From assembly GCA_963729895.1 (NCBI GenBank), contig CAVSQB010000036.1, positions 31,227 through 95,226 of the forward strand: a stretch of DNA of 64,000 nt, read 5' to 3'. This document shows positions 49,094 through 58,700 of this stretch, in pieces. Source of the DNA: an uncultured Fibrobacterota bacterium (GTDB lineage Bacteria; Fibrobacterota; Chitinivibrionia; Chitinivibrionales; FEN-1185). The translations under genes and the position numbers were made by a program. Below the pieces are notes generated by a model, which was not told where the DNA came from, ran no database searches, and saw only the letters and a list, made by a program, of their open reading frames with translations. Position 1 is the first letter of the stretch. The number at the start of each line of letters is the position of its first letter.

Positions 49094-50878
49094 TTATTCG
49101 CCTTTCAAGAAAATGCTCTCGATTTTAGAAATAGATTGCTTCCGCATGTTTAGGTCCATATTCCCAAAATAGGCTTCAAGGATAGGGTCAATAGAGATTG
49201 ACCACAGAACATGCAATGCCCCAGGCTTTCTAAAAAGACTCATTCTTCGGCTCATGCTATTCAATTCCATAAATGATTTATGAATCTTGACAATCTCAGC
49301 AAAAAATGTATGGCCAATTTCATATTGTTTGCCAAGTTCTTCAACCTCGTTCGCAATGTATTCATTAACCCTATCACATCTCAGTATGAAATCATCAAAT
49401 TCGTTTTCTCTCAATTTTGCATTCAATTCTGTGTTCTTATCGATAAGCATTTCACGAAGTATATCCCTGTCGTAACCGTAGAAATACCACACGAACCTTC
49501 TCCTAAGTGCAAAGTCTACCCTCTCAAGTGAGAAGTCGATTTCGTTCATTGTCCCAATGACATAAAGATTCTTGGGAACCTTGATTTTTAGGTTCCCGAT
49601 AGATAAATCGATTTCTTCATTTCTGTTCTCAAGGGCCGAGAAAAGCTCGCCGAAAAGACGGCTCAGATCAACCCTGTTGATTTCGTCTAAAATGATCACA
49701 TGTGGGTATTCATCTTTCTCGATCTCTGCGATTTTCTGAAGAAAGTAGCCTTTTTCAACGACCGTCTGATTGTTTTTAAACTGAACCCCTGCGATAAATT
49801 CCTCAAAGGAATAATTGGGGTGAAGTTGGAGTCTATGGATACGAGAGCTGAGGAAGTCTTCATCTTGCTCAAAGTATCGCTTAACATTATCGCTTTTCTT
49901 CAGATAATGTTGCGTAACGAGCACCCGGGCCAATTCCTTTGCAGTGTGGGTTTTGCTAGTGCCGGGAGGGCCGTAAAGGATAATTGCCTGTTTGTAATTA
50001 AGGGCTTGGATTTCATCAAATTGGTTGTCTGTAATGCCGAAATTCCAGACTTGACGATATTTATCATCGTAAAAATCAAAAGTGGGTTCATGTGTAAGTG
50101 CTGAGAGCCTTTTGCGGACTATACCGATTTTATCGTCTGTATTGGCGTTCTGCCAGGTGCTATCATTGGTATCACAAAGAACAGAAAAACCGTTTACTAT
50201 TCGCCATTTGTGGCCATCGGAAGCTATTCTTTCGTAGCGGTCAGGAAACGCAAGATATGTAAGAATATTGAACATTGCGCAAGTTCTATCCGGAAACATT
50301 TTAAAAATGTCAGCTGGTAGCAAATCCTTGAGTGATTCTTCATCGTAATGGGCAACATTACAGACTTGTTCAATGAGCCTGTTTACATCGGCTACCGTTT
50401 TTACTTCGCCATCCAATCTTTTTGAGAGCAAATATTTGAGAAGAAGGAGAACAAATCGAACTTCAAAATACTTATTGTTTTTATGGTAAGTTCCTGCCGA
50501 TCCAAAACCCCAAGGGGAAATATCGTCCTTGATTATTGATTTGAATTCAGAGCCAATAGTTCTCTCAATCACCCTGGTCTTTGATTCTGAGCCGATATCT
50601 GTAACTGCCATTGCCCAAAGCCATTCAGCATGCGCAAAAAGAAGTTTTGATTCATAAGATGCCCCATTGAATTGCCCGATAATTTTATCACTGAATGATT
50701 TACCCTTTGTTTCATCATAATTCTCAACATACCGTTGAAGTGCCTCATCTATAGCGGCTTTGGTGAGAATATCCTTATCCTCTTTTTCATTGGTTATTGA
50801 ACTTTTACTTTTAAGAATGAGGTTTTCAACAAATCTCAAATAACAGGCATAGACATCATTTGCATGGTCTTGTTTCAT
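49094..50878 (-). CDS. mcrB: McrB-like AAA+ GTPase
   Basis: YGPPGTSKT, QLHPNYSFEEF, LDEINR and GTMNEID...DFALRRRF motifs; start placed at ATG 50878. Confidence 0.92.
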   Translation of the reverse strand: MKQDHANDVYACYLRFVENLILKSKSSITNEKEDKDILTKAAIDEALQRYVENYDETKGKSFSDKIIGQFNGASYESKLLFAHAEWLWAMAVTDIGSESKTRVIERTIGSEFKSIIKDDISPWGFGSAGTYHKNNKYFEVRFVLLLLKYLLSKRLDGEVKTVADVNRLIEQVCNVAHYDEESLKDLLPADIFKMFPDRTCAMFNILTYLAFPDRYERIASDGHKWRIVNGFSVLCDTNDSTWQNANTDDKIGIVRKRLSALTHEPTFDFYDDKYRQVWNFGITDNQFDEIQALNYKQAIILYGPPGTSKTHTAKELARVLVTQHYLKKSDNVKRYFEQDEDFLSSRIHRLQLHPNYSFEEFIAGVQFKNNQTVVEKGYFLQKIAEIEKDEYPHVIILDEINRVDLSRLFGELFSALENRNEEIDLSIGNLKIKVPKNLYVIGTMNEIDFSLERVDFALRRRFVWYFYGYDRDILREMLIDKNTELNAKLRENEFDDFILRCDRVNEYIANEVEELGKQYEIGHTFFAEIVKIHKSFMELNSMSRRMSLFRKPGALHVLWSISIDPILEAYFGNMDLNMRKQSISKIESIFLKGE

Positions 50879-51028
50879 TTCAGGTTCCTTTCCTGTTTCG
50901 AATTCTCTTTTCACCCGCTAGGACGGCGGGTGATTCTTCGGGCACAAAATCAACAAAGTATATAGATTTACCCTAACTTTTCTTTGGCGGCGGCTATCAA
51001 TTCATTGGTGCAAATTTATTGCTTACAA

Positions 51029-51088
51029 CTGATAAAGGAAACCCTGTATCGTTGCGCAGGCATCTCGATTTACATTATCTGTACTCAT
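51029..51088 (-). pseudogene. First 20 codons of the DUF4297 gene
   Basis: ATG AGT ACA GAT...GGT TTC CTT TAT CAG = MSTDNVNRDACATIQGFLYQ, matching the family's R.A..TI.G..YQ N-terminal motif. Confidence 0.85.
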
Positions 51089-51128
51089 TCGTAACCTTTA
51101 ATTTGAATGTTTGAGTTAGATAGCACCT

Positions 51129-53762
51129 TTACATCGCAACAACCGCAGCTTCTCCAATAAACGCATATCTCTCAGGAACGCAAGTGAAAATTACGATTTG
51201 ACATTCTTTCGCAGCTACTGACAGGACGGCGCCCATCAATTTCAGTCGTTCCGGATCGGTGTACCCCAGGGCATCATCCAAAATAACCGGCGTTCCGCCT
51301 TCCTTTGCCACTATCATGGAACAAGACAAGCGGAAAATAAGACAAAGTTGTTCTTTTGTGCCCCCGCTAAGGGAATCAAAAGGAACCGTAGCACCAGCCA
51401 TTGTTCTGCTTTGTATTTTCAATTCTTCGTCAATTGTCACCTGAAAAGAAGGATCAAAAACCAAACGACCGAGTCTTTCAATTCTTTCTTTAAGAGGAGC
51501 AACATAGGCTCGACTTGCCTTGTCCCGCTCTTCAGACATTGTATCAAAAAGGCATTTCGCTGCTTCGGCTCTGAGGGTTGTTGCCCGATTCTTATAGTCC
51601 AATTGATGTAGTTGATTCTTTGCCGCGTTCAGTTTTTCGTAAAGTCCTTCTTCGCCCATCATTTTAAGACGCGTCTGGACCACTGTCAGTGCCGTATTTT
51701 TTGTGTCATAGCTGCTTTTCACCGTTTTCAAAGATCCCTTGGTTGACTCGGCCAGGGCTCTGACCTGGTCAGGGTTGGAAACTCTTAGGGATTCTGCAGC
51801 CGAACTGTATGCAGCATCTTCCAATAACACGGCCTTTTCAGCATCGGCCAGGTTGACGTCCAATGTCTCATCAGATTCTTTTTTACGTGCCCTGTCAAGG
51901 TTTTCTTGACTCTGTTTGACATCTGCAGCTAACTGCTGAAGTTTTGCTTCGGCTTCCCTGTACTTGATATTTACAGTGTTATAAAAGTCGCGGGCAGATT
52001 CGAGGATCTTTCGAGCATTTTCCAATTCGCTACTCGCGGCCTCAAGATTTGCTTCGGCGCTAGTCCGGCCCTTTTTTGCAGTGTCTAAATCTGGACAAAT
52101 CGCTGGGTCCTTATTTCGGTTGACAAGGTAGTTCGGCACGCTATGCTGAAGATTGTTAAGCCTGATTTCAAGGCTCTCGTAACTAATATCCCTGAGGTTT
52201 TCCTTCTCAACCCGGACCTTGTTATCCACACCGCGCAATGCTTCCTCGCGCTCATCATAAGCGATTCTCGCTTCGTCCGCATTTGTGACCGTAACGGCGG
52301 CACAGGCGACTTCGAGAGCCCGCCGAGAATCTTCTACCTTCCGGGCAAGTCCCTCCATGCTGGATCCTGCTGTTATTTCGACATCAAGAGACCCCGGAAT
52401 GGACACGGTGGTTTTGTCCGGGACTGATATCTTGCGGACCTCGTTTGTGTCGAGAATAACCTCAGCACCATCAATAGACAAATGACATTTTGAAATGGAA
52501 CGAAGGACAACCGTAGGCGAACCTATTTCCATTTTAGCACAGGCAGTTTTATAAGCTAATTCTGCATCCTTTATCTTGTCAAGGACACGAGCATCAACCT
52601 TGTTTTTCGCTAATACGGTTTCTGCCACTTCCGCATCTTTGCGAGCTTGGTCAATCCTTTGTTTGCGTTCAAATAACTGATCAAGATCGAGCTTGTCACG
52701 GTAATATTCGAAATCTGCTCTCTTCAGCGAGAGAAAAGACTCCCCTTTCCTTTTCTTGGTTTCGGCTTCATCAGCCGCAGCCTTTGCCTTATCCAGCGCC
52801 TCCTTGGCCTGTGACAAAGCCGGAAGCGTCATCGCGATATTTTCTTGAAGTTCGTTGTGGACTTTGGCAGCTCTCTCTGCCGCACTTACCATTTCCTGCC
52901 GGATTTCTTTGGCATGCCGTGCTGCCTGCAGCGTTTTTTGAGCGGATTCCCGTTTTAACGTGGCCTCAGAAACAGCGTTTTCAAGAGAGTTAATTCTCTC
53001 AATCGCAACGGTGTGATCGACTATCTGTTGAGACAACTCTTCTTCCTGCTTCTTGAGCAGAGCCAATTCCGTTTGCAATACAGGGACGCGGTCGATATCG
53101 GTTTCTAGGTCCCGGACGGATTGTTCAATCAAACCTACCTCAGCCTTTTTTTCAACGAGGCTGTTCCGCAGTTCTTGGAGTTCTTTTCTCTCAGTTCCAC
53201 GACCAATTGAATAGTAGCGTTCATATTCCTGCAAAACCCTGTTGAACAAGCTCAGCTCTTGCGATGCCGCCGGTTGTGCCCCCGCAGCTTTATCAAGCGC
53301 CGCGGATAAGGCTTGTTTGTCTTTGAGATCCGGTTGGCAAATCGCATCACACTGCATGATGGACAAGGCCTTCCATAACTCGACATCGAGTGTTTCTTTG
53401 AGAATCTCATTCGCTCGGTCATGCGCCGGGCGGCCCGTGAAGTTTTCGGGATTCGGGCTTGAGATCGTAAGCCTAGTTTCGGGTTTCTTTAAGAATCGCT
53501 TGAAATAAGCAAATTTGTATTTGCCACTCTCCATTTCCAATTCAATTTCTGGGCCCACGTCTTGATTAACCGGCTGGATAGCTTCAACACACTGCTTCTT
53601 GCTGTTGTCCTGATTCTCAAAAATCATGTTTATCGCTTCGCGGAGACTGGACTTTCCCGACTCATTAGGGCCTTCGATACGGGTAATTCCTGATGAACTG
53701 AACTTTATCTCGCATGTATTGATGCCCCGGTAATTGACAAGCTTAAGTCGAAGGAGTTTCAT
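51129..53762 (-). CDS. SMC/Rad50(SbcC)-like coiled-coil ATPase
   Basis: GPNESGKSS Walker A, long coiled coil, LSGGTKEQL signature and PVILDDAL Walker B. Confidence 0.9.
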   Translation of the reverse strand: MKLLRLKLVNYRGINTCEIKFSSSGITRIEGPNESGKSSLREAINMIFENQDNSKKQCVEAIQPVNQDVGPEIELEMESGKYKFAYFKRFLKKPETRLTISSPNPENFTGRPAHDRANEILKETLDVELWKALSIMQCDAICQPDLKDKQALSAALDKAAGAQPAASQELSLFNRVLQEYERYYSIGRGTERKELQELRNSLVEKKAEVGLIEQSVRDLETDIDRVPVLQTELALLKKQEEELSQQIVDHTVAIERINSLENAVSEATLKRESAQKTLQAARHAKEIRQEMVSAAERAAKVHNELQENIAMTLPALSQAKEALDKAKAAADEAETKKRKGESFLSLKRADFEYYRDKLDLDQLFERKQRIDQARKDAEVAETVLAKNKVDARVLDKIKDAELAYKTACAKMEIGSPTVVLRSISKCHLSIDGAEVILDTNEVRKISVPDKTTVSIPGSLDVEITAGSSMEGLARKVEDSRRALEVACAAVTVTNADEARIAYDEREEALRGVDNKVRVEKENLRDISYESLEIRLNNLQHSVPNYLVNRNKDPAICPDLDTAKKGRTSAEANLEAASSELENARKILESARDFYNTVNIKYREAEAKLQQLAADVKQSQENLDRARKKESDETLDVNLADAEKAVLLEDAAYSSAAESLRVSNPDQVRALAESTKGSLKTVKSSYDTKNTALTVVQTRLKMMGEEGLYEKLNAAKNQLHQLDYKNRATTLRAEAAKCLFDTMSEERDKASRAYVAPLKERIERLGRLVFDPSFQVTIDEELKIQSRTMAGATVPFDSLSGGTKEQLCLIFRLSCSMIVAKEGGTPVILDDALGYTDPERLKLMGAVLSVAAKECQIVIFTCVPERYAFIGEAAVVAM

Positions 53763-54886
53763 GCGGCCTCCTTAATAAGGCGGAGAAGGAGCATAAACGC
53801 ATCGCGAGCAACAGCGCTTTGAGGCCCTCCCTGGTTTATCATTTGCCGTAGTCTTTGTACTGTTGTATCTGCAAAACCGGATAATCCAAGTGTTGTAAAA
53901 TCCGTATCATTGGGAATTACGAGGATGTTATCTTCATTGATCACGGAACCCGCCAATACTTCCTTGGCGGCAAGAAGGATATTTTGAAGTACCTCATACA
54001 TAGAAAGCGTAATGGAACCTTTGAGATCCAGTTTTACAATTGACCGTTCCCTATTCGGGATGTCTTCGAGACTTTTCCGGAGCGATTCTATATCGGCTTC
54101 GGTATTCAGGTCGACCAGGTTTTCGATAAAATTCCAATGACCAATTTTCACTTCTTCGGTAATAACACTGTCACCTTCAAGATTGACAACGCTACAAAAT
54201 CCAGAATGGTCTTCGCGAAAATCGGTAGCTTCGGGGGTCCCGGAATACCAGATTCTGTCGCTGGAACCCACTTTTGTAAGGGAATGCCGATCTCCCAAAG
54301 CAATAAAATGAACTTTACCTTCCGAAATTGAAGCTTCAAGTTTGGCAACTGCGATCACATTTTGCGCTTCTCTATCAGGAGTAAACAGGTCAACAATACC
54401 ATGCCCCATGCAGATACGCTTCATGCTCCCCGCCGGAGGAAGCGCATTGAGTAACTCAACGATTGGGTTTCCGTTCGGTCGCTTAGACAGCCAAGGAGCT
54501 CCCACCAGCTCGCATACATCAGAAATCTTTATAGGCTCAGCGTTCTCGATTATATGGACGTATGCGGGTTTCTTTTCAATGAAAGTGCTGGAGCGGTAAA
54601 CTGACGCCGCATTTAAAGGGTCATGGTTACCTGGTAGGAGGTAAGCGGGAACGGTCACGTCTTTGAATGCTTCGATTGCCCGCGCGACCGTTTTTCGATC
54701 CACCTGGTTAGACTCGAAGGAATCGCCGCACACCAGCATGAATTGGCATTCTTTTTCCTTGGCAATGCGGCCCATTGTTCGAATGGCATCAAACCGCGCC
54801 TGGGTATAGCGCGCTTGGGCCTCTTCCGAAAGGAAGCGTCGGGTCATGCCTAATTGCCAGTCGCTGGTATGAAGGAAACGAATCAT
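53759..54886 (-). CDS. Mre11/SbcD-like metallophosphoesterase nuclease
   Basis: HTSDWQLG, CGDSFE, LPGNHD, GHG, ALGDRH and YSGTPE motifs; ATGA-coupled to the SMC gene. Confidence 0.92.
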   Translation of the reverse strand: MIRFLHTSDWQLGMTRRFLSEEAQARYTQARFDAIRTMGRIAKEKECQFMLVCGDSFESNQVDRKTVARAIEAFKDVTVPAYLLPGNHDPLNAASVYRSSTFIEKKPAYVHIIENAEPIKISDVCELVGAPWLSKRPNGNPIVELLNALPPAGSMKRICMGHGIVDLFTPDREAQNVIAVAKLEASISEGKVHFIALGDRHSLTKVGSSDRIWYSGTPEATDFREDHSGFCSVVNLEGDSVITEEVKIGHWNFIENLVDLNTEADIESLRKSLEDIPNRERSIVKLDLKGSITLSMYEVLQNILLAAKEVLAGSVINEDNILVIPNDTDFTTLGLSGFADTTVQRLRQMINQGGPQSAVARDAFMLLLRLIKEAA

Positions 54887-55149
54887 GAGCTATTCCTTGC
54901 CTTTCTGCTCTGCAAACGCTTTCTCTGAATATACAAGCCACTTTGGTCATAAAGAAAGAACAAAACCGGCTTCTTTTGAGATCAATTTGATACCATGTCG
55001 TCATCAAATTGATACTGCTTTTCGCTCAAACCCCCACTTCTCCCCTCTTCTTCGCTCAGAAACGCCATTTCCTTTCTGGCACCGGCTTTGATTATTAAAC
55101 CCTGACCCATTTCTGTCACTCAAAATTAAAGCGAAAAAAGGAACCTTCC

Positions 55150-55689
55150 ATGAATGCACTTCAAGCGCTCAGCGCTGCTGGCGGGACCGTCCGAATCACA
55201 GTTTTCAGGGCTTTCCAGAAGCTCCCTGAATTCGACATCATAGCAAATGTCATTGTTTCCTGCGCCATAATCGATCCATCCGAACTCGTCCCTATCAATA
55301 TCTTCACGGTCAAGGGCAATCTTAAGAAACATAAAGGTACTGAGAAACTCCATTTGGACATGATGAATTCCCGCGATCCTCAATATCCGAATTTCTGGTT
55401 CGGCACAGGGTTCAGCGATTATATTAGCGCATATACAATTCAGAAAATCGTTGACCTTATTCCTGAAAACGAAACGTCCTCTAAGTTTATAGAGTTCAGG
55501 GTTCTGCAGGACGGCACAATCCAGAATGTCGACATCCAAAATGCTTATAAGCGCAGAAGATTGACCAATGCAGAGAACCTTGTTAAAATTATCAATGAAA
55601 ATCAATACACCGAGGAGGTTGCGGGCGAACAAGTAGACATAGACTCCATCATAGGTGTGACTGAAAAAGACTCGATCATCGTTGATTAG
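55150..55689 (+). CDS. Hypothetical protein
   Basis: 179-aa ORF co-oriented with and just upstream of the methylase-helicase gene. Confidence 0.6.
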   Translation: MNALQALSAAGGTVRITVFRAFQKLPEFDIIANVIVSCAIIDPSELVPINIFTVKGNLKKHKGTEKLHLDMMNSRDPQYPNFWFGTGFSDYISAYTIQKIVDLIPENETSSKFIEFRVLQDGTIQNVDIQNAYKRRRLTNAENLVKIINENQYTEEVAGEQVDIDSIIGVTEKDSIIVD

Positions 55690-55724
55690 CGACTACCTCG
55701 CCTTTCATCCACCAGGAGAAACCT

Positions 55725-58700
55725 ATGTCAGATTCAATACAGCTTAATCTTTTCGGCGATATACTTAACGAACCGGAAGCAGATCCTTTAATCGAGGAGC
55801 AAAACAATGAACTATTGGGCGGAAGTCGCAAAGATCCATTGGAAGAAATATCTTCCAAAGATGTACCAGAAATACCAGGACCAGGGAATCTTGGACCAGG
55901 AGCTGGAGAAGGCAGGCCAGAAAGCAGCGGACATGATGGGAGAATTGGTGGAACAGGGCCTCAGGCCGAACGAAGTGCAAGAGATCGTACTGCCGCAAAT
56001 AATTTACCTGACCCCGGAATCAGACCAGCCGGAACTCTCAGAAACAGACACACCGACGACAAAGGAAACTATCATATAACCGCCGATGACCATATCGGCA
56101 AAGGCGGCAAGGTTGCAAAATTTGATGATAATTTAGCTGCAATTCTCCTTCTGAAAACCCTCGAATCCGAAAAACGCAATGCAAACCCCCAAGAACAATC
56201 AATTCTGGTCCGCTATACCGGCTGGGGAGGCCTTTCCGAGGTCTTTAAGCAGAACCTTGAAGGAACATGGCAGGAACGCCAGATCCGCCTCAAAACGGCC
56301 TTGAGCGACGAAGAATACCGTTCTGCCTCCAGATCAACGATAAACGCTCATTATACCTCACCAGAAGTTACCAGAGCGGTCTGGGACGGGGCCTGCCGGC
56401 TTGGATACTCCGGAGGCCCAACCATGGAGCCGGCCTTAGGAATAGGCCATTTTTTTGGTATGCGGCCCTCTCACCTACCGGTCGAAATGCATGGCATTGA
56501 GCTTGATTCCATCTCCGGCAGGATCGCTCAACACCTTTACCAGTCCGCGGACATCAAAATCAACGGCTATGAAAATCTCCGGATGGAAAAAGGCCGGTAC
56601 AATCTCTTCATTTCGAATGTCCCGTTTGCCGATGTTAAGCCGTACGAGGAAAAGAAAAACCAGACCCCCGGCATTGATAACAGGTATTCGCTGCATGATT
56701 TCTACTTCCTCAAATCCTTGCACGGGACCCGACCAGGAGGGCTCGTCGCTTTCATTACGAGTCGATACACCCTTGACAAGGAAAATACCGAAGTACGCTC
56801 CAAAATAGCGGAATCAGCCGATTTCGTAGGAGCAATCCGCCTTCCGAACAATACCTTCCGTCAAATAGCCGATACCGAGGTGGTTACGGACATTGTTTTT
56901 CTCCAAAAACGTCTCGAAAACCAGCCGATGTCCGAGCTTACAAAGTCCTTTATCAATACATCGGAGCTTACCCTACAACCTTCTGACGGCTCAGATCCGG
57001 TTTCCACACCGATTAACAAGTATTTCGCTGATCACCCTGAAATGGTTCTTGGCAAAAACGAACTCGCCGGCACCATGTACCGGGGCAATGAATATACCGT
57101 CTCTCTGCCTGACCAGGACCTTGAGCCTCTCCTATCGAAAGCAGTTCAGAATTTACCGGAAAATATCATGTCCGTCATGGTTGACAACCGGACCTTTGAA
57201 ATTGAAGCCCCATCCTCTCCCCTGTCTCATGTTGACCAGGAAAAACTTGTATCCGGGTCCTTTGTCATTGGACAGGATGACCGACTGTATCAGAAATCCA
57301 CTGAAACCGGGAAAATAGAGCTATCTTCTCTTTACAATAAAGAAGACACCAATAAAGATGACATCAATAGAATCATGCAAATGGTCACCATCAAGGATTG
57401 CCTCAAGGGTGCAATAGACCATTACTATAACAATCAGAATTTGGAAGTTCATAGGGAATTATCAAGGCTGAATTCCCTGTATGACAATTTCATCCAGAAT
57501 AGCGGGTTTTTGAATTCCCGGAAAAATTACTCCCTGCTTTCTCCAGATCCCGAGGTCTCCCTTCTTTGCTCTCTCGAAAATTGGGACACGAAGGCCAAGA
57601 CAGCCACTAAAGCAGACATTTTCCAAGGCATTTCCTTTGTCAGAAAACCTCATGTAACTTCCGTTGAAACTCCCGCCGATGCAATGGTCCTCTCCTTGTC
57701 CCGCTATGGAAATTTGAACTTTCAATATATGGAATCCCTTTCAAATCTGGACAAGGACAATCTTGTTTCGCAACTCACGTCATCAGGATACATTTTCCAA
57801 GACCCTCATGAGTTCTTAACCAATAAACGCACTGCTTACTTGACATCCGACGAATATCTGTCCGGCAATATTAGGGAAAAACTTATTGAAGCAAAAACGG
57901 CGGCCGAGCTGGAGCCAACCTCATTTTCCAGACATGTTTCTTCCCTTCAAGAAATAATGCCCAAAGACCTCTCTGCCGAGGACATCTCAGTACGAATGAA
58001 TTCCCCGATTATCGGTGAAAAACACATAGAGGATTTCATTTCCGAGCTTCTTGATTCTCAGAGAATCGAGGTCCAACATCTTTCAATTAATGGAAAATGG
58101 GAAATATCCGGCAGATCCTGGACCACACAGAACAGGGAAACATACGGCACCCCGGATATGGATGCTGTGAAAATCATCAACCACATCATGAACGGGAAGC
58201 CTGTCAAGGTTTACGATAAGACGGATGACGACAAACTGGTACTGAACACGGAAAAAACAGTTCTGGCCGAAATGAAAGCCGAAGCGATCAATAATGCCTT
58301 TCACGCCTGGGTATGGCGCGATCCGGCCCGAACCAACGACATCGTAAACAGGTACAATGAAGTTTACAATTCGCATGTAGAAAGAAAATTCACTCATCCG
58401 GAACGCCTCATCAATCCCGATGCCAAAATATTCTTTCATGGCTGCAATTTCCCCTACCCCATGCGGCCGCACCAGGCTGATGCAGTCTGGCGCAATATTC
58501 AAGAAAACAACGTCATGCTGTCGCATAGCGTAGGCGCCGGAAAAACCTTAGAAATGGCGTGTTCCTCAATGGAACTCCGCAGGCTCGGTTTACGCGCAAA
58601 GCCCATGATTGTGTGCCCGGATCATTTGATCAATCAGTGGGCCGGAGAATTCCGCTCAGCATATCCGAACGCAAAGCTACTCGTTGCGGATGATGATAAT

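Larger units (their letters stand above)
35268..51028 (-). mobile_element. Large defence-gene cassette/island inserted at G|TT inside the DUF4297 gene
   Basis: The flanks rejoin as TAT CAG|TTT GAT (YQ|FD); the ends GTTGTAAGCnnTAAATTTGCACC and GGTGCAAATTTAnnGCTTACAAC are mutually complementary. Confidence 0.85.

Noticed and set aside
35401..51029. Tn7-like transposon reading of the TGTAAGC…GCTTACA ends
   Set aside because: No 5-bp target duplication or Tns genes, and the interrupted gene rejoins at 35267 rather than at these ends.
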